From contig JAUIME010000001.1 in NCBI GenBank assembly GCA_030433195.1, forward strand, positions 1-32,122: 32,122 bases of DNA, read 5' to 3'. Under the pieces are notes generated by a model. That model made no database searches. It was not told where the DNA came from and saw only the letters and a program-made list of their open reading frames with translations. This DNA comes from a bacterium. Lineage in GTDB: Bacteria > Planctomycetota > JACOTG01 > JAUIME01. Positions 7,817-18,879 of the stretch are shown here, one piece after another (positions within the stretch are counted from its first letter, which is position 1; the number at the start of each line of letters is the position of its first letter). Made by a program: the position numbers and the translations under genes.

Positions 7817-10471
7817 ATGGGGAGGGGATTCCGTCGCATCGCGAGGGGCGTCGCGATCTCGACGGCGCTCGCGCTCGGTCTCGCTACGGGTCCGTTCGCG
7901 CTCGCGCAGTCGACCGCACCGCCCCCGACCGAAGAGCCGCCGCGCTCGACCGAAACCGTCGATTCGTCCGACACCTCGAAGGCCGTGGGCGAAGAGAAGT
8001 CCGCAGACGAACGCGAACGCGGCTCGCGTCGCCGAAAGCGCGAGCTCTCGCGGGCGGAGCGCGTCGAAGCGATCCTGTCCTCGCTTCGCGAAGGGCGCGC
8101 GCGCGTCGGCGCCGAGCTGTTCACAGGGTATCGCGAGCCGGCCATCGGCGTCTTCACGGGTGACTTCACGGTCGTCAGTCGCGAATTCACGCTGCAGGCC
8201 GACAATGCCGTCATCTGGCTCGAATCGTCCGAAGACGACGAAGAAGAGACGTTCGACCCCTACGCGATCGACGCCCAGGGAAATCCGAAGGACGCCCCGC
8301 CGAAGTCCGAGAACGACGCCGATCCGGAAGGATCGAGCGAGGCCGACGACGAAGACCTGGGCTCGGGGTTCGACGTCCCCGTCGACCGCGTGCGCGCGAT
8401 CTATGCGGAAGGTGACATCCTCTTCACGAGCGGCAGCGAGGTCGTCCGGACGGAACGCCTCGTGTTCGATCTTCCGACGCGGCGCTTGATCGCGTTCGAC
8501 GGGCAGCTCAAGAGCGTGTCCGAGATCGAACGACGCGGCGTGCGCAAGCAGATCCCGCTGTTCATGCGCGCCGCCATCATCCGCCAGACCGGCGACACCA
8601 TCGCGGCCGAGCGCGGCTTCGTGAGCAACTGCGGCTACGGCGCCGACGTCTTCCACGTGCGCGCGGAAGAGGTCGAGGTCGAGCTCGCGAACGAGCTCAC
8701 CGACGGACCCGACGACGAGACGGTCTACCGCTTGAAGCGCGGCGTCGCGTCCTCGTGGGGCATACCGTTCTTCTACGTGCCGTCGTTCGAAGGGACGGCC
8801 GGCGGTCCTTCGGGCTTCTACTTCAAACGTGCGCGTGCGGGCCACTCGTCGCAATTCGGCGCCTACCTCGAGACCGAGTGGGGCGACGACATCAAGATCG
8901 GCGAGAAGGGCGATCGTACGAAGATCGGCGACTGGACCGTCCACATCGATCCGCTCGAGAAGCGCGGCGTCGGGCTCGGGCTCGACCTCGCCTACAAGGC
9001 CGCGACCGGCTACGGAAACTTCCTGTCGTACTACATCCACGATCACGCCGACGAAGACCGCAAGGGACGCACGATCGATCCCGACACGGGCCAGCGCACG
9101 CGCATCCCGATCGACAATGCGGACCGCGCGCGATTCCGGCTGCAGTATCGCCACTTCCTCCCCTGGGACGTGGAGGGGACGTTCGAATACTCGTGGATTT
9201 CGGACCCGAACTTCCTGCGCGAGTACTACGAACGCGAGTTCAAGCAAGGGAAGGAGCAAGAAACGGTCGCCTACTTCAAGAAGGTCGTCGGCAACAACGC
9301 GTTCACGCTTCTGCAGCGCAACCGCGTCAACGACTTCCAGGAGCAGACCGAGTACTTGCCGCAGGCCGAGCATCGGCTCATCGAGCAGCCGGTGCTTCCC
9401 GAGCTCGTACTCGGCACGAACCTGTACTACTCGACGCGCAGCGTGCTCGGCAACATCCGTCAGCGACCGTCGTCGGAAGGGCCGCCGCTCACGGACGTCG
9501 ATCGCACCCGCATCACGCGCTTCGACACGACGCATCGCGTGTCGTCGCCGTTCACGATGGGGCCCGCCGTGCTGCGGCCGTTCTTCGAGGCCGGCGCCGC
9601 GAGCTTCTCGGAGACACGCGCCGAGGAAGGGCCGACGAATCGCTTCACGGCCGCGTTCGGTGCGAGCCTCGCGACCCAGATCCATCGCACGTTCGACGTC
9701 GAGAACCGCCTGCTCGGCATTGACGGGCTACGCCACATCGCCAACCCGATCGTCACGTACACGAACCGCTACGCGAATACGGTGGGCTCGACCGAGTTGA
9801 TCCCGCACGACGAGATCGAAGACCTCGACAAGGTCGAGTTCGTGCGCTTCCAACTGCGCAATCGCCTGCAGACGAAGCGACGCGACCAGGTCGTCGACTT
9901 CATCGACTTCGACAGCGCTATCAACATCTTCCCCGACGAGGAGCGCGACAACGTGAACCGCACGTGGGGCGACCTCGAGAACGACCTGTTCATTCGCGTC
10001 AACCGCCATACGACGCTCTTCTTCGAGTCGGAATGGGACTTCCGCGACGACGATTTCGAGGTGCTGAACACGGGGATTTCGACGAGGCCGCTGGAAGGCC
10101 TGATCTTCCGCGTCTCGTATCGCGAGTTCCAACAGCGACAGCGATTCATCACCGGCCTCATCGGAATCACGCTCAACGAAAAGTGGTCGGCGCAGTTCTT
10201 CGAACGCTACGACTTCGAACGCGAGCAGAACCAGGACTTCGGCATCGTCTTCGCGCGCAAGGGTTGCGGCTGGGTGACCGAGTGGTCGATCACGCACGAC
10301 GGCGGCGACAACGATACGCGCATCTCGCTCAACATCACCCCGTCGGCCTTCTACCGGGGTCCGAGTCGAAAGCGCGGCTCCTGGGACGACGAGGTCTATT
10401 CGTCGTTCATCGATTTGAGCGAGGAGGAGCCGATGTTCGGAGAGGACATCGACGAGGGTGAAGTAAGGTAA
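7817..10471 (+). CDS. lptD: LPS-assembly outer-membrane protein LptD (OstA family)
   Basis: Signal peptide MGRGFRRIARGVAISTALALGLATGPFALAQS. The N-terminal OstA_N-like region reads FTLQADNAVIWLE...IYAEGDILFTSGSEVVRTERLVFDL. The C-terminal portion is large, rich in aromatic/Gly/Asp beta-strands and typical of the LptD barrel (WGIPFFYVPSF, YLPQAEHRL, many YxF/WxF alternations). Its position after kdsDC and the lpt-like gene fits. Confidence 0.78.
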   Translation: MGRGFRRIARGVAISTALALGLATGPFALAQSTAPPPTEEPPRSTETVDSSDTSKAVGEEKSADERERGSRRRKRELSRAERVEAILSSLREGRARVGAELFTGYREPAIGVFTGDFTVVSREFTLQADNAVIWLESSEDDEEETFDPYAIDAQGNPKDAPPKSENDADPEGSSEADDEDLGSGFDVPVDRVRAIYAEGDILFTSGSEVVRTERLVFDLPTRRLIAFDGQLKSVSEIERRGVRKQIPLFMRAAIIRQTGDTIAAERGFVSNCGYGADVFHVRAEEVEVELANELTDGPDDETVYRLKRGVASSWGIPFFYVPSFEGTAGGPSGFYFKRARAGHSSQFGAYLETEWGDDIKIGEKGDRTKIGDWTVHIDPLEKRGVGLGLDLAYKAATGYGNFLSYYIHDHADEDRKGRTIDPDTGQRTRIPIDNADRARFRLQYRHFLPWDVEGTFEYSWISDPNFLREYYEREFKQGKEQETVAYFKKVVGNNAFTLLQRNRVNDFQEQTEYLPQAEHRLIEQPVLPELVLGTNLYYSTRSVLGNIRQRPSSEGPPLTDVDRTRITRFDTTHRVSSPFTMGPAVLRPFFEAGAASFSETRAEEGPTNRFTAAFGASLATQIHRTFDVENRLLGIDGLRHIANPIVTYTNRYANTVGSTELIPHDEIEDLDKVEFVRFQLRNRLQTKRRDQVVDFIDFDSAINIFPDEERDNVNRTWGDLENDLFIRVNRHTTLFFESEWDFRDDDFEVLNTGISTRPLEGLIFRVSYREFQQRQRFITGLIGITLNEKWSAQFFERYDFEREQNQDFGIVFARKGCGWVTEWSITHDGGDNDTRISLNITPSAFYRGPSRKRGSWDDEVYSSFIDLSEEEPMFGEDIDEGEVR

Positions 10472-10604
10472 GCACTGGAAATGACTTGCGGGTCGCCCGA
10501 CGACGTGCGAGCTCGGCACGAGGCGTAGTCTCCGGTGCCGGGCCGCCGGCAACCGATTCCTCGGGTGAGACCGAATGCCGCGCCTTTTCACCGCGGATCC
10601 GCCC

Positions 10605-10634
10605 GAGACAACTCCCGAGACAGGCTGTTATACT
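10605..10634 (+). promoter_or_regulatory. Possible sigma-70-type promoter for tatA
   Basis: GAGACA (10605-10610), an 18-nt spacer, then TATACT (10629-10634), about 43 nt upstream of the tatA ATG. It is embedded in a direct repeat, cccgagaca x2. This rests on a motif match only. Confidence 0.25.
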
Positions 10635-10676
10635 CGGGCGTCTCCGCCATCCCGATTTTGGAAGAGGTCCCTCATC

Positions 10677-11012
10677 ATGTTCCCGGCCCTGATCGGAAAC
10701 CTCGGCACGACCGAGGTCATCGTGATCCTCGTCCTCGCGCTTCTGCTCTTTGGACGCCGTCTGCCCGAAGTCGGTCGCTCGCTCGGCCGCGGCATCGTCG
10801 AATTCAAGAAGGGCGTGAAGGGAATCGAGGACGACATTCGGGACGACATGGATCGCAGCGACCGCGACATCGAGCGCATCCCCGAAACGCAGAAGCGCGA
10901 AGGCTTCCGCGCCGGCTCGAGCGGAGACGCGGCCCCTGCCCCGAAGCCGGACTCGACGGACGTCGACAAAGGCTCGGCGGGCGCCGGCCCGGCCGGTTCG
11001 CACGCGAGCTGA
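10677..11012 (+). CDS. tatA: Twin-arginine translocase subunit TatA/E
   Basis: MFPALIGNLGTTEVIVILVLALLLFGRRLPEVGRSLGRGIVEFKKGVKG shows the classic TatA TM helix, the hinge (FG) and the amphipathic helix. A charged tail follows. The internal ATG at 10677 is preceded by gaagagg. The 34 upstream codons of the tracked ORF look non-coding. Confidence 0.85.
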   Translation: MFPALIGNLGTTEVIVILVLALLLFGRRLPEVGRSLGRGIVEFKKGVKGIEDDIRDDMDRSDRDIERIPETQKREGFRAGSSGDAAPAPKPDSTDVDKGSAGAGPAGSHAS

Positions 11013-11038
11013 GTCACTCGCCGTGATCGCGCCGCCGC

Positions 11039-13639
<2,601 letters not shown>

Positions 13640-13661
13640 TTAGGAAAGTCCAGCGCTTTGC

Positions 13662-14141
13662 CTAGGCAACGAGGTCGAAACGGATGCGGCGCACTTCCTT
13701 GCGTCCCTTCTCGTTCTTCAGCCACTCGACCATCTTCCGAGCGTAAAACGATTCGAGCTCATGCTTTAGCGGCGCGGACCGCACTCCGATGAGGAGTTGG
13801 CCGGCGCGCAATCCGCGGATCTCGACCCGATCCATCCGCTCGGCGCCGAGCAACTCGGTCAGATCGACGCGGATCTCGGCTCTGAAGTCGGGCGCCTTTG
13901 CACCGCCCTTCCCTTGGCTCGCGCCGCCTCCGGGACGATAGCTCCCGCCCCCGTGCTTGCGCAGGAGCCGAGCCAGGATGTCGCCGACCGGCTCGGCCTT
14001 TCCCTTGCGGCGAGGCTTCCTCGGCCGCGATCCGTACGTCCGTTCGGAGGCGCCGACACGCTCGTACTCGCTCGGCGTTCCCGGGCGGTGATCAGCCTTC
14101 GATGTTGATCGGCATGACGACGTAGGTGTACCCCTCCCCAT
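13662..14141 (-). CDS. dciA: DUF721 / DciA-like protein (predicted replicative-helicase operator)
   Basis: The C-terminal part, LTELLGAERMDRVEIRGLRAGQLLIGVRSAPLKHELESFYARKMVEWLK, fits the DUF721 pattern (v.l..g.L.v.v.s..w..EL......i...l). The N-terminus is basic and disordered. It occupies the classic slot between dnaN and gyrB. The start is uncertain. The only ATG/GTG gives a 50-nt overlap with the dnaN 3' end. Confidence 0.6.
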   Translation of the reverse strand: MGRGTPTSSCRSTSKADHRPGTPSEYERVGASERTYGSRPRKPRRKGKAEPVGDILARLLRKHGGGSYRPGGGASQGKGGAKAPDFRAEIRVDLTELLGAERMDRVEIRGLRAGQLLIGVRSAPLKHELESFYARKMVEWLKNEKGRKEVRRIRFDLVA

Positions 14142-15195
14142 GACTGATCCTCCCCGGTGAAGATTGGTCCGTCAGGTCCAGATGGAACTCGACGTCGTCC
14201 GGCAACACGCGAAGCCCCTCGAGCAGGAAGTCGGGGTTGAAGCTGACCTCCTGGTCCTTCCCTTCGACGTTGGTCGTCATCGCGACCTTCGACTCGCCGA
14301 CGTCGGTCGACTTCGACGAGAACTGCGCCTGCCCGTCGCCGAAGTGGATCCGAACGGCACGCGTCTCGTCGCTCGTCATGATCGAAACCTTGCGCAGCGC
14401 CGAGCAGAACGACCCGGCCGTCGCCGTCACGCGGCTCTCGAAACTTTTGGGAATCACTTCCTCGAAGTCGGGGAACGCCCCTTCGACCTGCCTCACCGAG
14501 AGTTCGGCGGCGTAGGTGCGGATCCCGACCATGTTCTCTTCGAAGTACAGACGAACCATCTCGTCTTGCGGACGGATCATCTTCTCGAGCTGCGCGAGCC
14601 CCTTTACGGGCAGCAGCGCGCGTCGCTCGATCGCGTCGGGATTCTCGACCGGTACGACGTAGCGCGCGAGTCGACGCCCGTCGGTCGCGACCATCTCGAT
14701 CGCCTCGCCGCCGATGTGCAGCAGCACGCCGTTCAACGCATAGCGCGTCTTCTCGCGCGCCGCCGCGAACGTCGTCTTGCGGATCATCTCGCGCAGCGAC
14801 TCGGCCGCGACGTCGAAACCACCCGTCTCCGGCAACGCAGGGATCTCGGGGAAGTCCTCGGGATCCCATCCCAGGAGCTTGAAGAAACTGTTCTCGCAAA
14901 CGACCTGGCACGTCTGATCGGTCGTCTCGAGCACGACGCTCTCGTCGGTGATCTCGCGCAAGATCGACGTCATGCGTCCCGCGGGGATCACGAGAATCCC
15001 CTCCTCCTCGACGAGCACGCCATCGAGCCGGAAACGCAGCGAGATCTCGAGGTCGGTGCTCCACATCGTCAGCGTATCGCCCTGCGCGAGCAGCTTCACG
15101 TGCTGCAACACGGGCTTCACGCTACGCGGCGGAATGATTCCGGTCAGGATTTGGAAGGCGTCGGACAGACGCTTGCGATCACAACGAATCTTCAT
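14092..15195 (-). CDS. dnaN: DNA polymerase III beta sliding clamp
   Basis: MKIRCDRKRLSDAFQILTGIIPPRSVKPVLQHVKLLAQGDTLTMWSTDLEISLR is the typical DnaN N-terminus. At 367 aa it has the three-domain length, and it ends YVVMPINIEG. I chose the ATG at 15193-15195. The 45 upstream codons of the tracked ORF are S/R-rich and non-protein-like. Confidence 0.93.
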   Translation of the reverse strand: MKIRCDRKRLSDAFQILTGIIPPRSVKPVLQHVKLLAQGDTLTMWSTDLEISLRFRLDGVLVEEEGILVIPAGRMTSILREITDESVVLETTDQTCQVVCENSFFKLLGWDPEDFPEIPALPETGGFDVAAESLREMIRKTTFAAAREKTRYALNGVLLHIGGEAIEMVATDGRRLARYVVPVENPDAIERRALLPVKGLAQLEKMIRPQDEMVRLYFEENMVGIRTYAAELSVRQVEGAFPDFEEVIPKSFESRVTATAGSFCSALRKVSIMTSDETRAVRIHFGDGQAQFSSKSTDVGESKVAMTTNVEGKDQEVSFNPDFLLEGLRVLPDDVEFHLDLTDQSSPGRISHGEGYTYVVMPINIEG

Positions 15196-15344
15196 GGGTC
15201 CACTCACTGAGTGATGAGGTGTCGGGTCGCGTTGCGCAACATTCGCGCTGCTTCGCGTTGCGACCGATGTCGAAATCCCCGAGCTCGGAGATCGGTTTCG
15301 CGAGACCGAGTCTCCCGCTGAGCGCTGCAACTCAGCGCAGCTGG

Positions 15345-15890
15345 TGATAATAAGTCTTCTAGTTTAAAAAAGTAATCCTCTTCTTCATAAGGGGCGTGGA
15401 GATGTGGAAAACGCCTCGAGCCGATCCGGATCATCTTCTCTCGCAACGACTTGCAAGCCGGAAAGAGTCCGCCGAGTCGGTGGGAAAACGGTGGATCGTT
15501 TTGGGGGCGAATCGGGGAAAGCTCGGAGAACTCCAGGTGCCCCGAGAGTGAGCCCGAAGTCGTCCGAGTTTTCAGCGTTCTGTCCCCCGTCACTCCCCGA
15601 GTTTTCCACGGCTTTTGCACACCGGGACGAGCCGGAGTTTTCCACAATCGACTGTGGAATCGTGGACAAGTCGATGTGGAAAGCGTGAGGAGAACGGGGA
15701 GAAACGGCGGTTCGATCTTCGCGCTTCGGACGGATCGAGTCCCCTGAAGCACGACTTGGCATCGATGCACGGCCGTCCACGCACGCGTCGTCTGGAGAAA
15801 GCTGTGGAAAACGCGGGTCCGCGATCGCGAAGAGCTTCCTCAGCAGGCGATTACGAACACGGCAGATTTCCAGGCGGCTGTGGAGAACCC
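15345..15890. other. Candidate chromosomal replication origin (oriC): an AT-rich unwinding element plus a cluster of DnaA boxes in the dnaN-dnaA spacer
   Basis: An AT-rich stretch, gataataagtcttctagtttaaaaaagtaatcctcttcttcataa (15345-15390), stands out in an otherwise very GC-rich window.
Perfect TGTGGAAAA/TTTTCCACA 9-mers: 15403-15411, 15638-15646 and 15803-15811.
One-mismatch copies: 15602-15610 (TTTTCCACG), 15675-15683 (TGTGGAAAG) and 15879-15887 (TGTGGAGAA).
Two-mismatch copies: 15653-15661 (TGTGGAATC) and 15661-15669 (CGTGGACAA). Confidence 0.6.
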
Positions 15891-15959
15891 GTGGTGGAGA
15901 CGGGTTTTGCGGGCCGGATCGCAGCGCCTGAGGGCCGCGAGAGCGCCGACGCGCGAGGC

Positions 15960-17408
15960 TCACCGTCGAATCCGGGCTTCGAAGTCCTTGGTGAGGTACG
16001 CGACGTCGTGGTCGGACTCGACCATCTTCGAGATCTTCTCGATCGCGTACATGACGGTCGTGTGGTCGCGTCCACCGAAGTGCTTGCCGATCTCCTCGAG
16101 CGACAGGCTCGTGAGATTGCGCGCGAGGTACATGCAGATTTGCCGTGGGAACGTGAACGACTTGAGGCGTCGCTTCGACTCCAGATCGGCCTTCTTGACG
16201 CCGAAGTGCCCGGTCACGACGCGCAGGATGTCGTCCATGTCGGGGCCGCTCGTACGGCGCTCGGGGACGTCCATGAGTGCTTCGCGTGCGAGATCGAGAT
16301 TGGCGACCCGTCGCGTCAGACGCGCGTAGCCGACGATCTTCGTGATCGCGCCTTCGAGGTCTCGGATGTTCGATTCGATCCGCTCGGCCGTGTAGTGCGC
16401 CACGTCCTCGGGGAGTTCGAACTCCATGAGCGTCGCCTTGTTCTTGATGATGGCGACGCGCGTCTCGTAGTCCGGCAACTGCAGATGCGTGACGAGTCCC
16501 CAATTGAAGCGCGAGACGAGCCGCTCTTGGATCGAGCTGAGCTCGCTCGGCGGGCTGTCGCACGTGAAGACGATCTGTTTCTGCGAGTTGTAGAGCGTAT
16601 TGAACGTATGGAAGAACTCCTCTTGCGTGCGCTCCTTCTTGGAGAGGAACTGCACGTCGTCGATGAGGAGCATGTCGACGTGTCGGTAGTTGTACCGGAA
16701 CTCGTCGATCTTTCCGTTCTCGATCGCCGAGATGAAGTGGTTCACGAACGTTTCGCACGACAAGTAGAGGAAGCGTTCGATCTTCTTCTTCTGCAGCAAC
16801 GCATGACAGATCGCTTGCAGAAGATGCGTCTTTCCGAGGCCGACCGAACCGTGTAGGAACAACGGGTTGTAGGCACTCCCCGGTGAAGACACAACCGCTA
16901 GCGCTGCCGCGTGTGGAACACGGTTCGACGGCCCGACGATGAAGTTCTGGAACGAGTAGTTCGGATTGAGTTCCGACGCACTCGACGTCAGGTACGAGCC
17001 GTTGCCGTTTCGAGGGGCGTCCATCGCGTGCATCGGTCCGGCGAGCGGCGCACGGTTCGACTCGACGTCGGGGCCGGCGGGCTTCGATTCCGTAACCGTT
17101 TCGATCTCTGTGGCTTGCGCGAACTCGACAGAAGGCTCGTCACGCTGCGATTCGTCGACGACGAAGACCACCTGACGCTTGCGTCCCGTGATTCTGCGCG
17201 CCGAGTCTTCGATCACGCGGACGAAGTTCTTGCGAAGGAGCGTCTCCTTCGTGAACTGGTTCGGAACGAGAAGCTCGAGCGATTCGTCGGTGAATGCCTG
17301 GGGAACGAGCTGTGCAAACCACGTCTGGAACTGCTGCGGAGTGCAGTTGGCCTGGATTTCCGACAGAACGTTCGACCAGACGACGTTCCCTGAAGTCGAA
17401 ACTCCCAT
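15960..17408 (-). CDS. dnaA: Chromosomal replication initiator protein DnaA
   Basis: Domain I: VWSNVLSEIQANCTPQQFQTWF. AAA+ motifs: NPLFLHGSVGLGKTHLLQAI (Walker A), MLLIDDVQFL (Walker B) and FHTFNTLY. Domain IV: RQICMYLARNLTSLSLEEIGKHFGGRDHTTVMYA. The ATG at 17406-17408 is preceded by GAGGGG with a 6-nt spacer. The tracked ORF starts 20 codons earlier. Confidence 0.95.
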   Translation of the reverse strand: MGVSTSGNVVWSNVLSEIQANCTPQQFQTWFAQLVPQAFTDESLELLVPNQFTKETLLRKNFVRVIEDSARRITGRKRQVVFVVDESQRDEPSVEFAQATEIETVTESKPAGPDVESNRAPLAGPMHAMDAPRNGNGSYLTSSASELNPNYSFQNFIVGPSNRVPHAAALAVVSSPGSAYNPLFLHGSVGLGKTHLLQAICHALLQKKKIERFLYLSCETFVNHFISAIENGKIDEFRYNYRHVDMLLIDDVQFLSKKERTQEEFFHTFNTLYNSQKQIVFTCDSPPSELSSIQERLVSRFNWGLVTHLQLPDYETRVAIIKNKATLMEFELPEDVAHYTAERIESNIRDLEGAITKIVGYARLTRRVANLDLAREALMDVPERRTSGPDMDDILRVVTGHFGVKKADLESKRRLKSFTFPRQICMYLARNLTSLSLEEIGKHFGGRDHTTVMYAIEKISKMVESDHDVAYLTKDFEARIRR

Positions 17409-17677
17409 GTCGTACCCCTCCCCGTTCGCCCGCCGCAGTCGAATCACCCGCCTCAGAGATACCGTCACTCCGAAAGGTTCCGCTGGAATTCCGCGAGGAA
17501 TGTGAGGCGCAACGTGGAGTGCCGTCCGAAAACGCGAGCCGCGATGATATCAGCGACACTCGTGATGTCAAAGCGATTCGATCGCGAGGCGCCGGATGAT
17601 CACGACTTAGACGGTACCGCGACCCGAAATCCACAAGCGGACTAACACGTTGCAAACATCGCGAAGCACGTAAGATT

Positions 17678-18868
17678 TCATTTCGGCGGTTTGGGTGTAC
17701 CGGCCTCGGCGCCCGACGACGTTCGAGACGTGCGAATGCGCGCGACCGACGCCTCGATCACGTCGACGACGTGCAGCAGTTCGTCGCGCGTCGTCTCGCG
17801 TGAGAGCGAGAAACGCAACGCGCTGCGTGCGCGCGATTCTTCGAGTCGCATCGCGCGCAATACGTGCGAGATCTCGACGGATCCGGAGGAGCAAGCCGAT
17901 CCCGACGAGACCGAAACCCCTTCGAGATCGAGGTTGATCGCGAGCGACTCGGCGTCGGTTCCCGCGAACGATACGTTGAGCGTGTTCGCGAGGCGATTTG
18001 TCGCGGGACCGTTGAGCTCGACGCCGTCGATCCGGTCGCGGAGCGCCGCGAGAAAGTCGGATGCGAGGCCTTCGATACGCTCACGGTGCAGGACGGCGTC
18101 GGAAGCGCACGCGAGGCTCGCCGCTGTCGCGAAGCCGACGATCGCCGCGACGTTCTCGGTACCCGGGCGACGTCCTCCTTCTTGCTCGCCGCCCGCGAGG
18201 ACGCGGGTCCACGGTGTGCCGCGGCGCAGATAGAGCGCACCGATCCCTTTGGGACCGTGAATCTTGTGTGCCGAGACCGAAAGAGCATCAACATGTAGCG
18301 TGGCGACGTCGAGGGGCGCCTTGCCGAAGCGCTGCACGGCATCGGAGTGGAACGGAACTCCGCGCTCTCGAGCGAGCTCTCCGATCGCTTCGACCGGCTG
18401 GAGCGTGCCGACTTCGTTGTTGGCGGCCATGATCGAGACGAGGATCGTCGCGTCGTCGATCGCGCGCTCGACATCGTCGACGGCGACGGCGCCGTGCGCG
18501 TCGACGGGGAGTCGCGTCACGCGGAAGCCTTCGGCTTCGAGCAAGTCGACCGCCTCGAGGACTGCGGGATGTTCGACGGCGGACGTGATCACGTGGTCGC
18601 CGCGCTCGCGCCCGGCTCGCGCGATCCCGAGGACCGCGAGATTCGCGGCCTCGGTTCCCGTCGCCGTGAACAGGATCTCGTCTTGGTCGGCGCCGATCGC
18701 GTCGGCGAGCGGGCGACGCGCGGCGTGGACGGCGGCGCGCGCCTCGCGGGCCGGTCCATGGATGCTCGACGGATTGCCGAAGCGATCCGTGAGCCACGGC
18801 AACATGGCTTCGAGCACCGCGGGATCGAGCCGCGTGGTCGCGTTGTTGTCCAAGTAGACGCGGTTCAT
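17678..18868 (-). CDS. Cysteine desulfurase (NifS/IscS-type, PLP-dependent class V aminotransferase)
   Basis: MNRVYLDNNATTRLDP, NPSSIHG, FTATGTEANN-like TGTEAANLA, HSDAVQ, SAHKIHGPKGIGALY (PLP lysine) and SSGSACSSGS (catalytic Cys loop). Confidence 0.9.
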   Translation of the reverse strand: MNRVYLDNNATTRLDPAVLEAMLPWLTDRFGNPSSIHGPAREARAAVHAARRPLADAIGADQDEILFTATGTEAANLAVLGIARAGRERGDHVITSAVEHPAVLEAVDLLEAEGFRVTRLPVDAHGAVAVDDVERAIDDATILVSIMAANNEVGTLQPVEAIGELARERGVPFHSDAVQRFGKAPLDVATLHVDALSVSAHKIHGPKGIGALYLRRGTPWTRVLAGGEQEGGRRPGTENVAAIVGFATAASLACASDAVLHRERIEGLASDFLAALRDRIDGVELNGPATNRLANTLNVSFAGTDAESLAINLDLEGVSVSSGSACSSGSVEISHVLRAMRLEESRARSALRFSLSRETTRDELLHVVDVIEASVARIRTSRTSSGAEAGTPKPPK

Positions 18869-18879
18869 AGTCGGGCGTT

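Noticed and set aside
4576-8214. 1212-aa ORF on the minus strand, antisense to the giant Lpt-like gene and the start of lptD
   Set aside because: This is a typical high-GC shadow ORF. Its composition is extremely Arg/Ala/Gly/Val/Asp-rich, with no recognisable motif and no plausible start context. The plus-strand frame has a TM anchor, sensible composition and operon logic (kdsC upstream, lptD downstream).
7766-9685. 639-aa minus-strand ORF antisense to lptD
   Set aside because: It is a shadow ORF with the same Arg/Ala/Glu-rich composition. The plus-strand product has a signal peptide and LptD-like features.
13658-13669. 12-bp perfect palindrome TTGCCTAGGCAA overlapping the DUF721 stop codon. 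I considered it as an operator.
   Set aside because: It is a single short palindrome with no second copy in the window. It may simply reflect the TAG stop context.
15700-15730. ggcggttcgatcttcgcg, which resembles a tRNA T-arm (GGTTCGAnnC)
   Set aside because: No acceptor, D or anticodon arms can be folded around it. It lies inside the putative origin.
15204-16758. ORFs 15204-15770 and 15385-16758 (minus strand) plus small plus-strand ORFs inside the dnaN-dnaA spacer
   Set aside because: They run across the DnaA-box/AT-rich region or in the wrong frame of dnaA. They have P/R/S-rich nonsense composition. The region is better explained as oriC.
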